Source: an uncultured delta proteobacterium
Lineage (GTDB): Bacteria; Myxococcota_A; Polyangia; Haliangiales; Haliangiaceae
NCBI GenBank assembly: GCA_963848295.1
Contig: CAWKDB010000010.1
Span: 2,528,001-2,592,000, forward strand
Length of the DNA: 64,000 nucleotides
Direction: 5' to 3'
In this document: in pieces, positions 1 through 10,718 of the stretch
Position numbering within the stretch: position 1 is the first letter of the stretch
Layout: every line of letters starts with the position of its first letter
Program-made: the position numbers and the translations under genes
The notes under the pieces: model-generated
Told to the model about the DNA's origin: nothing
The model's database searches: none
The model's input: only the letters and a program-made list of their open reading frames with translations

Positions 1-202
1 CACCGCATTCTTGCCGGCGATGACCGCGACCCTCGACGCGGCCCCGCCGATCACCGCGACCGCAACGACCATCGCCAGCGACGCGACCTCGGCGACCGCG
101 ACGTTCGATCTGACCGCCACCGCACCCGGCACCTATGCGCTCACCGTCGACAACCGCGACGGCTGCACGTCGACCGTGGCCGACGCGTTCCAGACCCTCT
201 AG
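1..202 (+). CDS. 3' end of a secreted protein with an Ig-like/IPT-type domain (partial)
   Basis: Thr/Ala-rich beta-strand pattern 'ATFDLTATAPGTYALTVDNRDG'; frame open from the window edge, stop at 202. Confidence 0.55.
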   Translation, partial: TAFLPAMTATLDAAPPITATATTIASDATSATATFDLTATAPGTYALTVDNRDGCTSTVADAFQTL

Positions 203-204
203 CC

Positions 205-834
205 ATGCGCGCGATCGCCGTGCTCGTCGTCGTCACTGCCACCGTCGCTCGCGCGCAGCCGGTCGCGCCGTGGACCGTCGAGGTCGAGCCGCGCGTCGGC
301 GTGTTGTTGTCGAAGTCGAAGCTCGATGCGAGCCCGCTCGGCGGGTTCGAGCTCGGCCTCGAGCTCCCGCACGATGGCCTGCTCGGCCTCGAGGCGTCGT
401 TCACCCACCCGCACCACACCGGGAGCGTGATGGATGACAACCTGGCGACGAGCTACACGCTCGAGCAAAGCCAGATCCTGCTCGCGATCACGGTCAACTA
501 CCGCTTCTTCGATTCGACCCACGCGATCGTGCCGCACGTCGGCCTCGGGCCGCTCGTCCAGGTCTTGCTCAGCACCGAGACCACGACCGCGGCGCCCGGC
601 GAGTTCAGCGCGAACGAGGCCCAGCTCGGCGCGGAAGCCGGTGGCGGTGTCGACATACGCGTCGGGCCGGGTTGGCTCGCGGCGAACATCCAGTTCGTGT
701 ACTCGCGGCCGATGTCGGCGTGCGCGATCCTGCCGATCTACATTCCGGTATGCGAGGCCCGAAGCGCACCGCTGACCGGCGGCACGGATGTCTACAACAT
801 CGCGATCACCGGCGGCTATCGCGTCGCGTTCTGA
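205..834 (+). CDS. Outer-membrane beta-barrel protein
   Basis: Signal peptide, amphipathic strands, C-terminal beta-signal 'GGYRVAF'. Confidence 0.7.
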   Translation: MRAIAVLVVVTATVARAQPVAPWTVEVEPRVGVLLSKSKLDASPLGGFELGLELPHDGLLGLEASFTHPHHTGSVMDDNLATSYTLEQSQILLAITVNYRFFDSTHAIVPHVGLGPLVQVLLSTETTTAAPGEFSANEAQLGAEAGGGVDIRVGPGWLAANIQFVYSRPMSACAILPIYIPVCEARSAPLTGGTDVYNIAITGGYRVAF

Positions 835-1073
835 GCTATCCCGTGAACGCATCGATGCTGTGCGTGCTTGGAGCGCGGCACCCAGATGCCCCCCGTGACG
901 TGAAAGTAACGGCGCTTGACCGCAGCCCATGCGATGCGACGAGCGACCGGCTCGCGTGCGGCGCCGTAGTGCGCGTACGCGTGATTGAACGCGTCGCGAT
1001 AGATGTCCTGCGCATCATGCGGCAGGACCTTGCGGACCGTCGCCGGCAGATCGGTGATATCGGCGTACGGCAT
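816..1073 (-). CDS. chaB: ChaB family protein
   Basis: 'MPYADITDLPATVRKVLPHDAQDIYRDAFNHAY...ARRIAWAAVKRRY' matches the ChaB pattern; ATG at 1073. Confidence 0.9.
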   Translation of the reverse strand: MPYADITDLPATVRKVLPHDAQDIYRDAFNHAYAHYGAAREPVARRIAWAAVKRRYFHVTGGIWVPRSKHAQHRCVHGIAQNATR

Positions 1074-1101
1074 AGCTATCTCGATGGGTCGTCGTCGCCC
1101 C

Positions 1102-2250
1102 TCATGACGCCAGCGGAGGAGCGAGGTGGGTTGGATAACCGCGCACGGCGCGCAGCTTGAGGGTCCGCGCGACATCGCGTGGCCCGATCAAGCCGGTCAC
1201 CGTCGCGGAGGGGTCGACCACGACGACATACGTCGCGCCTTGCTCGGCCGCCGCCGCGAGTGCCTGATCGGCGGCCGTGGTGTCCGGGGCGACCACGTAT
1301 CGCGCGCCAAGCTGGGCGACGACCGATTCGATCGGCGTGCCCGGATTCGCGCGAGCCAGCCGCGTTACGTCGTCGGCCTCGATCACGGCGATCGGGCCGC
1401 TTCGATCGATCACGACGAGCTCGAGCCGGTCGAGGTCCGACATCCGACGTAGTGCGTCGTCGAGGTTTTCGCCACTTGCGATCACCGGCGGTTGGCCTCG
1501 ACTCGGGAGGAAGTCCGTCACGCGGAGCCCGTGGATACTCTGGGTGATGCGCTCGCTCGCGGCCTCCGCGGTCGCGCCGGAATAGACGAACAGCGCGATC
1601 AACCCGAGCAACAGGTTGACCTCGAGGATGGCGAGGATCCCTAGCCCGATCGCGCACACCCGGCCTACCGTGGCCGCGATCGCGGTGGCTCGGCTGCGGC
1701 CGACGCGGGCCGCGAGCACGGCGCGCAGCACGCGACCGCCATCCATGGGGAACGCCGGGAGCAAGTTGAAGACCCCGAGCGACACGTTCATGACGCCGAT
1801 GTAGAACAGCGCCATCCGAACGTCGGCGCCACCGCCGATCACCGCATAGCCGGCGAAGCACAACGCGCCTAGCACGAAGCTCATCGCCGGCCCGGCGGCG
1901 GCCATGAGCCCCTCGTGCAGCGGCCGGGTCGGAGCCCGCGACAGCTGAGAGACGCCGCCGACGAGCATCAACGTGATCGAGCGGACGCGCCCACCGAAAC
2001 GGAGCGCGAGAAACGTGTGCGCCAGCTCGTGCACGGCGACGGATGCGAACAGCGCCACCGCGAGCAAGGCTCCCCACACGAGAGGCGGCAACGTCAGGTC
2101 TGCCTTCTCGACTCCGGCGAGGTGCGCGATCGAACGGAACTGATACGACAGCGCCACCGCGAGATATGGAATGACCAGCAGCAACGTCCAGTGCAACCGC
2201 ACCGGGACGCCGCGGACCCGAAACACCGTGACCGAGCCGTGACGGATCAT
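1102..2250 (-). CDS. Site-2 protease (M50) with C-terminal CBS-like domains
   Basis: HELAH zinc motif, 'FNLLPAFPMDGGR', several TM segments, CBS-like C-terminus. Confidence 0.9.
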   Translation of the reverse strand: MIRHGSVTVFRVRGVPVRLHWTLLLVIPYLAVALSYQFRSIAHLAGVEKADLTLPPLVWGALLAVALFASVAVHELAHTFLALRFGGRVRSITLMLVGGVSQLSRAPTRPLHEGLMAAAGPAMSFVLGALCFAGYAVIGGGADVRMALFYIGVMNVSLGVFNLLPAFPMDGGRVLRAVLAARVGRSRATAIAATVGRVCAIGLGILAILEVNLLLGLIALFVYSGATAEAASERITQSIHGLRVTDFLPSRGQPPVIASGENLDDALRRMSDLDRLELVVIDRSGPIAVIEADDVTRLARANPGTPIESVVAQLGARYVVAPDTTAADQALAAAAEQGATYVVVVDPSATVTGLIGPRDVARTLKLRAVRGYPTHLAPPLAS

Positions 2251-2954
2251 GGGACCACCTGGAGCGGCGCGCCGGCCGCGGTTCGATCGGCGAACACGAT
2301 CTCGTCCGGCGCGCTCCGATCGAGCTCGGCCGGCTCGGACTCGACATACCGACCGCGGGCCGGATCGAACATCCAGAGCGAGGTCGCCCCACGCGGGGAA
2401 CGATAGCGCAGCGCTCGAGGCGCGAACACGATCGCGCCTGCGAACGTCTGGTCACCGTCGCGCTCCACGATCGGCTTCGCGAACAACGGCAACAGATCGC
2501 CGCGTTCGCCGAGCTGGTACAGCACGATCGACGTCACGCTATCGCGATGACCGCCCGTGGTGACGGCGAGCGCGATGATCGGCTCGTCGAGCTGGCCATC
2601 GCCGATCGCGAGCGCCACGAGGTCATCCGCGGACCCGGTCGACTCGAAGCCGGGCGCGCGGGCAACGAGCTGCCCGGCGCGATCGACGACGACGAGCCCT
2701 TGTTGAAACGATGCCAACACGGCCTCGAGACCTCGACCACGACCGATCTCTCCGGTGACTTCCAGACCGCCGTACCCGCCGTTGGCCGGTGTCCCCACGA
2801 GTTGTTCGATGCGGTCGGAGACCGAATCGAGCTCGGCGTCGCTGGCAGCCTCGACCTCGAAGTCGTACAGCCACGGCATCAACGCAGGCGGTGAGGTCGA
2901 TGATCCGTCGGCGGGAACGACGACGAGGATCCCGAGGAGAAAGTACCTCGACAT
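2247..2954 (-). CDS. Hypothetical exported protein
   Basis: Signal-like N-terminus; ATGA overlap with the M50 gene; sigma54 promoter upstream. Confidence 0.65.
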   Translation of the reverse strand: MSRYFLLGILVVVPADGSSTSPPALMPWLYDFEVEAASDAELDSVSDRIEQLVGTPANGGYGGLEVTGEIGRGRGLEAVLASFQQGLVVVDRAGQLVARAPGFESTGSADDLVALAIGDGQLDEPIIALAVTTGGHRDSVTSIVLYQLGERGDLLPLFAKPIVERDGDQTFAGAIVFAPRALRYRSPRGATSLWMFDPARGRYVESEPAELDRSAPDEIVFADRTAAGAPLQVVP

Positions 2955-2966
2955 GCCTCGATAGAC

Positions 2967-2982
2967 AGCAACACCCGTGCCG
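2967..2982 (-). promoter_or_regulatory. sigma54 -24/-12 promoter
   Basis: CGGCACGGGTGTTGCT (GG-N10-GC) just upstream of ATG 2954. Confidence 0.75.
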
Positions 2983-3090
2983 GGTCACGACGGTCCGGCC
3001 ACGACGGCGGCGCTCCGCGAGCGAGCGCGACCGCACGCCTGCACCACCCGTGATCAGCGTCCCCGCCACAACGGTCCGAGCAAGGACGCC

Positions 3091-3672
3091 TCACCACATC
3101 GGCAACGAGCCGGTCCATGTCGTCGCGGACACGGAGCTCGTCGCGAACAGCCGATCCGGTGCCGAGTGGGCGTCGCAGAACCAGCGCTCGCCGTCTGACT
3201 CCGCGCGCACGGCCACGCAGTCGGGACAAGCGGGGATCGCGTCCGGCGAGTCGTCGGTCAAGCCGACCACGAGGGTCGGGCACGTGGCCGCATCGAGCAC
3301 GCGACTCGCGACACTACCGAGATGCGTTCCCCGGTGGTGCAGCCCGAACCGACCGACGACGATCAGATCCGCTCGCAGCTCGGCCGCGAGGTTCGCGATC
3401 TCCTCGTGGGCGCGACCACCGCGCACGTGGAGGCGCACGTGCCAGTCGAACCTGTCGAGCTCGTCGAGCGCCGGCAACACGAGCATGCCGAGCCGGTCCT
3501 TTGCTTGTTCGACGTCGGCACGATCCGCGACGACCGTGAGCACGTGGAGATCGGGCACCTCGTGGCGCGCGGCCTGATCGATCGCGTGCTCGAGCACGAT
3601 CTCGGCATACTCCGATTCGTCGATCGCGGCGACGATGCCGAACCTGCGGGGCGGCTGCGTGGTGTTCGTCAT
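3091..3672 (-). CDS. Universal stress protein with a C-terminal Cys/His zinc-ribbon-like tail
   Basis: 'IVAAIDES', 'ADLIVVGRFG...LGSVASRVL'; tail 'CPDC...WFCDAH'; ATG at 3672. Confidence 0.85.
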   Translation of the reverse strand: MTNTTQPPRRFGIVAAIDESEYAEIVLEHAIDQAARHEVPDLHVLTVVADRADVEQAKDRLGMLVLPALDELDRFDWHVRLHVRGGRAHEEIANLAAELRADLIVVGRFGLHHRGTHLGSVASRVLDAATCPTLVVGLTDDSPDAIPACPDCVAVRAESDGERWFCDAHSAPDRLFATSSVSATTWTGSLPMW

Positions 3673-3684
3673 ACGTGACACGGA

Positions 3685-3700
3685 TGCATCGCGCGTGCCT
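3685..3700 (-). promoter_or_regulatory. sigma54 -24/-12 promoter
   Basis: AGGCACGCGCGATGCA upstream of the USP start. Confidence 0.65.
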
Positions 3701-3748
3701 CGGTAGGGCTCGGCTGTCCGCGCTGCGGACATCGTGACCTCGACGAGG

Positions 3749-4027
3749 TCACGGCTTCTTGATGAGCGTCGTCTGCCGGCCGTCGATCGGGATCGCAGCC
3801 GGAGCGTCGGCAAACGTCTGGACCAACCCGCACCGCCGGCACGTGTACCGCTGAAGCCGGCCGTACGCCTGAACGATCCGGCCCTCTTGCTCCTCGAAGT
3901 CATACGCGATGGCCTCGGGGAAGAGATGACAGTGGCTGTAAATGGCACCCGGCCGGGGTCCGATATCCGCGGCAAACGAGAAGATGACCTCGCCGTGCCC
4001 GCATAGGGGACAACTTCCCGAGCGCAT
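3749..4027 (-). CDS. Small zinc-ribbon hypothetical protein
   Basis: 'CPLCG' and 'YTCRRCG' CxxC pairs; ATG at 4027. Confidence 0.65.
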   Translation of the reverse strand: MRSGSCPLCGHGEVIFSFAADIGPRPGAIYSHCHLFPEAIAYDFEEQEGRIVQAYGRLQRYTCRRCGLVQTFADAPAAIPIDGRQTTLIKKP

Positions 4028-4077
4028 GTCGTTCGGGCCGAAGGAGACGGCGGCCCCGACGGAGCCGGCCGGCTCGG

Positions 4078-5931
4078 TCACGACGGCACGCTCGCGGTGA
4101 CGCAAATGGACTGCACCACGCGATCGTACACGCGTCGCGCCAGCTCGCGGCGTGCGTCGCCCTCGGCGGTGCGCCAGACCCGCAGCGCGCGCTCGAGCTT
4201 TCGACGTGCCGGGTTCGGGATGATCGTCCCGGGTGGATACGGTTCGACGCGCCGGCCGTCGAGCTGGTTGATGCCCCAGCGCTCGACCCCGTGCTTGAAG
4301 CCGTTCTCCTGGCGCCAGCGGAGCCACAGGATCTCGACGAGCCGCTCCGCGGGCAGCTTCGAGGCGGCGAGCAAGCTCACCTGTCGACCATCTTCGGTGC
4401 AGACCATGATGCGACGAAGGCGCCCGCGACCCTCGCCGAGATTTCGCAATCGGCTCTCGTGCAGCCCGACCTGTTCGCCCGCGATCGTCGCCGCTGTAAA
4501 CGCCGTCGCCGGCAGCTCGGCGTAGGGCTTTCGCTCGTACGTGACGAAGTCGAAGTGGGCCTCGCGCAGCGCCGCGAGTTGCGCGGCAAACGCACCACCG
4601 CGATCGAAGGCGAGCAGGATCGTCTCGTCGGGGCCGAGCGCTTTGCGCAGGCGCTGGCCCAGGGGCAGCAGCCACTCGGTCAGGTGATCGTGCGACGGCA
4701 CCGGCACGCGAAACATCGGCCGGCCGTCCTCGTCGTGGACGTAGTAGTCGGTCGTCCCGGGCAGCACGCGCTTGGCCTGCATCCGCCAGCCCTTTCGCAC
4801 GACATGCTTGCCCGTATACGGCCGTAGATGGTTGTCGACGTAGAAGATCGCCGGGGCGCCGTCGCTCGCTGCGGTTGCGATCAGCCGCTCGGCCATCCGT
4901 GCCTCCAGCGCGGCGCCGGCGTCGGTCTGTGCGAGCAATCGACCGAGGATCTTGCGGACCCCGCTGGCCGTGGGCACGCGCTCGGCGCGCAGCAGCGTCG
5001 CGCCGGTCGGTGTCGCGAGTCGGCGCACACCCTCGACGACGAATTGCTTGAGCGCGAGCGCACAGATCACCGCGTCGAGCGCGATCCGCAGCCCATCGGG
5101 ATGCCGGCCCTCGAACGCGCGCTGCGCCTCTTCGTGCAGCCCCATCTCGCCGGCAAGCGCGAGCAAGATCCAGCAGCCGGCGTGCTGCACGAGCTTTCCG
5201 CCGCGGACCGGCTGCGCCGTCATCGGCACCTGATCCTTGTCGTCGAATTCGTCGGCCGTGACCGGATCGTCGCCGAGGTCGACATCGCGATCCGGTCCGG
5301 CGATCAGCAGTGCGAGCTGCCCGGCGATCGCGGTCGGCGCGGCCTGCCGTGCCGCCTCGACAGGGCTCCCGGCGGCGCGCTCACGACGCCAGTCGTCCCA
5401 AACGCGCCACACCGTCGAATACACGAGGCGCTGTTTGCGCGGCTGTTCGCGGTGCGCGTCGATCGGCATTCGCCCCGCGTCGAACATCGCGTACCAAACA
5501 GTTCGCAACTCCCGCGTTACCTTCGTAACTCCTCCGCGTCGCGGTCCCAGCACCGCAGCAAACCCCGCGGCTTCTTCCTTCCGCCGCAGGCGCCGCAAAT
5601 GTTCGTCCGTGATCCCGAATGCTGTTGCCAGTCGCCCGAGGTGGAACTGATCGGTTTTCGCGAGCGTCACTGCCAGTACGTTGCGAGGGCCGCGGTCATC
5701 GTCGTCCAGATCGAACCCGCCGATCAGCGTCCCGCCGATGTACACGCTCGCGATCGTGTCCCGGACGATCACCACCCCGTCCGACGAGAAACGCCGGATT
5801 TCGTGGGCGGGCTTTGGCGACGGCTCAGGCAAGGCGAGGTCGAGAGCTTCCATCGTTGCCAAGACAACCGCCAGCGATCCGAAATTCCCACAATCCATCG
5901 ATCTAATCGAATTCTCGTAAACCCGCGTCAT
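4078..5931 (-). mobile_element. Putative DDE transposase (Transposase_29-like), C-terminus apparently truncated
   Basis: 'FYVDNHLRPYTG', 'LAFDRGG', 'RWRQENGFK' DDE-type motifs; N-terminal HTH; no intact second IS end recognised. Confidence 0.75.
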
Positions 5932-5969
5932 TCGATCAGTTCACGAAATGCGGCGAACTCTGGAGCACT

Positions 5970-6449
5970 CTACCGCGACTTACAATCGCAACACGGCGCG
6001 CGGGCGTCCGCGCAGGTCGCGCCCGCATCGTGACACCGGCCGGCTGCCGTGGCGTCGGTTCGCAACTCCTTCGCGATCGCGCAGATCTGCGCCGCGTCAT
6101 CGCAGGCCGCGTCGGCTTGAACGCAGGCGGTGGAGCACGCCGACCCGGCGCCGGGCGTGCAATCCGCGGCGAGGCTTGGCTTACCGGGCGGATCCTCGAC
6201 CGCGCACACCGGCTCGCACGTTTCTTCGGGCGATGACGGCGGGGTCGGAAGCGATAGCGCAGCCCGACGCGCGATCAGGTCGGCGTACAGCTTATCGAGC
6301 TGCGTGCTCGGGTCGTCGGCCAGTTGCGGCGGTGGCCCGCTCGCAGTCGGCACGGGCCGGTCGATCGTCGGCTGCGGCATCATGTTGCCCCCCGTGCACG
6401 ACACGGCACCCACCGTTGCCGCGATCACCACCCATGACTGACTTCGCAT
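5970..6449 (-). CDS. Cys-rich lipoprotein
   Basis: Lipobox-like 'AVSC'; C-terminal 'CDDAAQICAIA...CHDAGATC'. Confidence 0.7.
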   Translation of the reverse strand: MRSQSWVVIAATVGAVSCTGGNMMPQPTIDRPVPTASGPPPQLADDPSTQLDKLYADLIARRAALSLPTPPSSPEETCEPVCAVEDPPGKPSLAADCTPGAGSACSTACVQADAACDDAAQICAIAKELRTDATAAGRCHDAGATCADARAPCCDCKSR

Positions 6450-6465
6450 CGGAAACTCCTCGACT

Positions 6466-7113
6466 TCAGTTCGTGATCCCAAACCTCGACTTGATCGCCT
6501 TGCCCTCGGCTTCCAGCGCGTTCGCACGGATCTGTAGCGCGTTCCCGGATGCCGCGATCGCGGCGAGCGCGGCGGTGTCGCTGCTCTTCATCGCCGCCGT
6601 GAGGTGTTGCACCATCTCGACGCCGTCGCCGAGCAGCCGGAGCATGCCCTCGTGATAGCTCGTGCACGACGGAGGCGGAGAGATCGCGCGTGCCCGCGCG
6701 GCACCGTCCTGCGCGAGCTTGAGCACCGTGTCGAAGCCCGACATGTCGCCTCTCATCGCGCCGGCCAGCACCGTGTTCGCGAAGTCGCCGGTATCGGTGC
6801 TCCCGGTGAAGGCTTGGATGCCGTCCATCTTGGTGAAGTAGTCGCGAACCGCGGCCGCTTCTCCCGGCGACGGCGCGGGACTGTCCACGGACGCCGGTGC
6901 GACGGCCGTCGGGGTTGCCTCCGCCGCTGGCGACGACGCCGGGACCGGAGGTAGTGGCGCGCTCTCCGGAACCGGAGCCCCGCGGATCTGCCCGCCACCC
7001 GCCTGACCGGACCGGACGCGTTGCGACTCGCGCCCGAGCAGGAAGAAGATGATGGCGATCATCCCGACGAACGCGAATGCGACGCCGTAGACCACGCTCT
7101 TGCCGACCTGCAT
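6466..7113 (-). CDS. Hypothetical single-TM protein
   Basis: MQVGKSVVYGVAFAF TM segment, Pro-rich linker, helical domain; ATG at 7113. Confidence 0.7.
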   Translation of the reverse strand: MQVGKSVVYGVAFAFVGMIAIIFFLLGRESQRVRSGQAGGGQIRGAPVPESAPLPPVPASSPAAEATPTAVAPASVDSPAPSPGEAAAVRDYFTKMDGIQAFTGSTDTGDFANTVLAGAMRGDMSGFDTVLKLAQDGAARARAISPPPSCTSYHEGMLRLLGDGVEMVQHLTAAMKSSDTAALAAIAASGNALQIRANALEAEGKAIKSRFGITN

Positions 7114-7173
7114 GCCGCAACGATCTCGCCGCTCGCGACCACGGTCAATGCGCGCCATACTTGGATTGCAGTG

Positions 7174-7890
7174 ATGGACGTCGAGCGTTACGTGGTCGCG
7201 ATCCGGGCGCTGGGGACCACGGTCGAGGCCGAGGCGAAAGCGCTCGCCGCTGATCTCGGGACCACAGCGTACGAAGAGCGCCTCATGCTCGTCGCGGGGT
7301 TTCCGGCGATCGCGCTGGAGACCACCGATGTCGATGTGGCGCAGGCGCTCGTCGGCAAGCTCCGGGCTCGCGGGCACCGCGCGCTGATGGTTCGTGGGGC
7401 CGACGTCGTCCGCGCAAGCGAGATGATTCAGATGCGGTACTTCCAGCTCGACCACGAAGGACTCGAGTCCGGTGAAGAACGCCTGGCTTGGGCTGACCTG
7501 TCGACGCTCGTCCGCGCACGCCACCAGCGTCAGGTTGCAAAGACCGCGACCGTGAAGCAGAAGAAGTTCGACGCCACGCGCGCGATCCTGACCGGCGGCC
7601 TCGTCATGCGTAAGACCGAGAAACGCGAGGTCTCCTCCACGACCGAGGAGATCGAGCAGGTGCTCTACCTGTTCAGCGCCGATGGCCGCACTCCATGGAT
7701 CCTGCGCGAGCACGCGACCAACTACGGCGCGCTCGGCGCCGCGCTCACCCCGGTCGCGAACCGCAACTTCGCGATCGTCGTCGAGAAGCTTCGCGCGTGC
7801 GCACCGCACGCGGTGTTCGACGACAGCCTGATCCGGCGGCCGACGATCGAGGACGTCGATCTGTACGCCCACCTGGTAGCGAGCCGATGA
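7174..7890 (+). CDS. Hypothetical protein
   Basis: Protein-like composition; ATG at 7174, divergent from the 7113 gene. Confidence 0.7.
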   Translation: MDVERYVVAIRALGTTVEAEAKALAADLGTTAYEERLMLVAGFPAIALETTDVDVAQALVGKLRARGHRALMVRGADVVRASEMIQMRYFQLDHEGLESGEERLAWADLSTLVRARHQRQVAKTATVKQKKFDATRAILTGGLVMRKTEKREVSSTTEEIEQVLYLFSADGRTPWILREHATNYGALGAALTPVANRNFAIVVEKLRACAPHAVFDDSLIRRPTIEDVDLYAHLVASR

Positions 7891-7918
7891 TCACGCGAGG
7901 ATGATTGTGCTCGATGGA

Positions 7919-8377
7919 CTATCCAGCGAAGAGCTCGTCCAGCTGGTCGAACGACTCGGGCATTCCGTCGTAGGCACCGACACCAGCATCGAGGGCTTCG
8001 CCCGACGGATAGAGCTCATGCAAGACCATTCGCGTCGTGTCGCCGCGGTCCTCGAGCGTCATCGTGCTGATCTGCCCGGCGTCACCGCCTTCTTCGTTCG
8101 TCCACACCAGGCGCGAATGTGGCGACACCTCGAGGTACCGGCCGAAGAACGCCATCGGTTCCGGCGCGGAAAGGAACACGAAGCGGTACGTGCCGCCGGC
8201 GCGGACGTCCATCTCGCACGATAGCAGCGTGAGGCCGGTCGACTTCGGGACCCACCATCGACGCATGAGCTCGGGCTTGGTCCACGCCTCGAACACGAGG
8301 TGTGCCGGGGCGTTGAAGGTGCGCGTGATGACGACCTCGCGCTCGGATTTCCGTTCCACCGTCGTGTCGTTCTTCAT
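7919..8377 (-). CDS. SRPBCC/Aha1 family protein
   Basis: 'EVVITRTFNAPAHLVFEAWTKPELMRRWW' and 'EMDVRAGGTYRF'. Confidence 0.92.
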   Translation of the reverse strand: MKNDTTVERKSEREVVITRTFNAPAHLVFEAWTKPELMRRWWVPKSTGLTLLSCEMDVRAGGTYRFVFLSAPEPMAFFGRYLEVSPHSRLVWTNEEGGDAGQISTMTLEDRGDTTRMVLHELYPSGEALDAGVGAYDGMPESFDQLDELFAG

Positions 8378-8733
8378 CGGGGTGCTCTCTCTTTCGCTTT
8401 CTGCTTCAGTTCTTCGATCAACTGGTCGAGCTCGTCGAAGCGCGCGCTCCACAGCTGGCGATAGCGGTCGATCCACGCCGTGACTTCGTCGAGCCGGCGC
8501 TCGCCGAGCGTACACGTCCGCACGCGGCCGACCTTCGCCGTCGCGACGAGCCCGGCATGCTCCAGCACGCCGACGTGCTTCTTCATGCCGGTGAGCGTCA
8601 TGTCGAACCTCTTGGCGAGGTCCGTGATCGACGCATCCGCCCGCCCGAGCTGCTCCAGCACACCGCGCCGCGTGGCATCCGACAGCGCGGCGAACGCGAT
8701 GTCGATCTGGTCGGCCTTCGTATACTGAACCAT
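8374..8733 (-). CDS. ArsR/SmtB family transcriptional regulator
   Basis: 'FAALSDATRRGVLEQL...KHVGVLEHAGLV'; coupled to the SRPBCC gene. Confidence 0.92.
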   Translation of the reverse strand: MVQYTKADQIDIAFAALSDATRRGVLEQLGRADASITDLAKRFDMTLTGMKKHVGVLEHAGLVATAKVGRVRTCTLGERRLDEVTAWIDRYRQLWSARFDELDQLIEELKQKAKERAPR

Positions 8734-9011
8734 TAGGTTCAGTATAAGCGTACGGCGCTCCCGGGCGCAAGTGATTCGTCGAGAGAAGGTGCTCCATCGC
8801 TGCGCGATTGGTGAGCCATTCTTCCGAGCCGGTTGCGCCGCCAACGCCCGTGCCTCATTCTAAGATGAATGGACGTTCGCTTTAGAGATTGGCGCCACGT
8901 CGCCGCGTCCAGCTTCGTCGCAGGACGCGCGAACGCCAGCGTGTCCCTGCTCGAGCAGGCCTCGCCTCGGCGGTGGATTGATGGCGTGCGCGGATTTCGA
9001 GGCACCTGCGG

Positions 9012-9878
9012 ATGAATCGTCGCCGGTTCGGTTACCCGCTCGCCTGGTTCGTCCTCGGCACACTGATGATCGCTCTCGTCGACGGCGTCCCGATCGGCGT
9101 CGGCTCCTATCTCGGCGTGCCATTCTCGATCGTAGGCTCGCTTGTCGGCTCGGTGGCGTCGGTCGGCGCCTACCTCGTCACGATGCGAGTGCTGGCGCGC
9201 CGCCGAGTACCCGAGCTCGGGAGGCCGATCGTGAGCGAGATGCTCGCGGGTTGCGTCCTGGGAGCGCTGTTCGTTGTCTCGTCGGTGATCGTCGTGGCCG
9301 CACTCGGGGGCTACACGTTGCAGTGGCACCCCATCGATCCTGCGAGGACCGTGTGCATCACGGTCACCGTCAACGCGAGCGCCGCCGTCGTCGAGGAGCT
9401 GGTGTTCCGTGGCCTGGCGCTACAAGCCATCGAACAGCTGGGTGGGGCCGCGCTCGCCGTTGCGGCCAGCGCCCTGATGTTTGGCGGTGTACATCTACTC
9501 GCTCCGAGCGCGACGCTGTGGAGTGCCTTTGCGATCGCCGTCGAGGCGGGTGTGTTCTTGGGCGTCGCGTTTGTTTGGCGCCGTAGCCTGTGGTTCGTGA
9601 TCGGGGTCCACTTCACGTGGAATTCCGTGGAGGGGCTCTTGGGAATTCCGGTATCAGGCCATCGCGATCCCGGCCTCTTCCTGACCGTCAAGCACGGCAA
9701 CAACTGGCTGACGGGCGGTGAGTTCGGGCTCGAAGCCTCCGTGGTTCCGGTCGCGATGGGCGTCGTGCTCTCGGTGCTGATCGCGTGCATCGTGCGCCGC
9801 AAGCGCGATCTATCGCGGGCGAGAATTGACGCGACGTCCGCCCCAGTTTCAGGCTCGAGGCATGCGGACCCGCGATGA
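9012..9878 (+). CDS. CPBP (Abi/CAAX) family intramembrane protease
   Basis: 'EELVFRG', 'FGGVH', 'HFTWN' motifs. Confidence 0.9.
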   Translation: MNRRRFGYPLAWFVLGTLMIALVDGVPIGVGSYLGVPFSIVGSLVGSVASVGAYLVTMRVLARRRVPELGRPIVSEMLAGCVLGALFVVSSVIVVAALGGYTLQWHPIDPARTVCITVTVNASAAVVEELVFRGLALQAIEQLGGAALAVAASALMFGGVHLLAPSATLWSAFAIAVEAGVFLGVAFVWRRSLWFVIGVHFTWNSVEGLLGIPVSGHRDPGLFLTVKHGNNWLTGGEFGLEASVVPVAMGVVLSVLIACIVRRKRDLSRARIDATSAPVSGSRHADPR

Positions 9879-10440
9879 GAAGAAGCGTGCTGCGATTCTC
9901 GCGGCGGCGCTAGCGGAAGTCGCCGCCTCGGGTCTCGCGGCGCTCTCGATCGACGCGGTCGCCAAGCGCGCCCACGTTGCCACTGGCACCGTCTACGTGT
10001 ACTTCTCGGGCAAAGAAGCCCTGATCGAAGCGGCCTACGTAGAGGTGGCGGTGCGTCTCGCGGAAGCGTTGGCCCAAAACGAACTACGCGACGGCGCATC
10101 GCCGGTGCGTGTCTGCTTCGAACGGACGTGCCGAGCGTATTTCGCGTACTGTACCGAACGTCCGACGGAGATCGCGTTTCTCGAGCATGTCGAGCTCGTG
10201 CCTCGGTACCGGCGCCGTATCGGAGCGCTCGATCGAGCGGCGATCGCACCACTCATCGCGCTTCTGGAGCGTGGTCAGGCCGAACGCCTCGTCAAGCGCA
10301 TCGCCGCCCCACTCCTCGTCGCATTCCTCGCCGGCGCGATACGCTTCTCGGCGACGGAAGTGCGCGGCGGAACCAAGGCAACACGCGCGCGCATGGCGAC
10401 TCAGCTGGTGACGTTGTGCTGGGACGCGATCGCCGCGTGA
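9862..10440 (+). CDS. TetR/AcrR family regulator
   Basis: HTH 'SIDAVAKRAHVATGTVYVYFSGKEAL'. Confidence 0.92.
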   Translation: MRTRDEKKRAAILAAALAEVAASGLAALSIDAVAKRAHVATGTVYVYFSGKEALIEAAYVEVAVRLAEALAQNELRDGASPVRVCFERTCRAYFAYCTERPTEIAFLEHVELVPRYRRRIGALDRAAIAPLIALLERGQAERLVKRIAAPLLVAFLAGAIRFSATEVRGGTKATRARMATQLVTLCWDAIAA

Positions 10441-10718
10441 TGCTGCGGGTCCGAGCTTGATCACGTACGCGCTTCCCGTGCAATCACCTTGCTGTCGCCG
10501 GCGAACTGGAGGCATTTCTCGATACCTTCGATGCGGCTGTCGCAGAGATGGTTGCGAACGTCGACAAAGCAAACGCGCTCGCGGCCGACGACGATCTCCG
10601 GACCTGGATCCGGAGATGAAGAGGCTCGTCGAGGAGCGGACCAAGCGGCGCCGCAGGTAGCTCCACAGCTACGTGCCCCCGGCCGGTCAGACCGGCGATC
10701 GGCCGTTGTTGTCTTGGC

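Noticed and set aside
5932..5969. Terminal inverted repeat for the transposase at 4078-5931
   Set aside because: No matching repeat found near 4040-4140, so the IS boundaries are not called
10441..10670. Short helical coding-like fragment (ELEAFLDTFDAAVAEM...)
   Set aside because: No convincing start or family; probably debris
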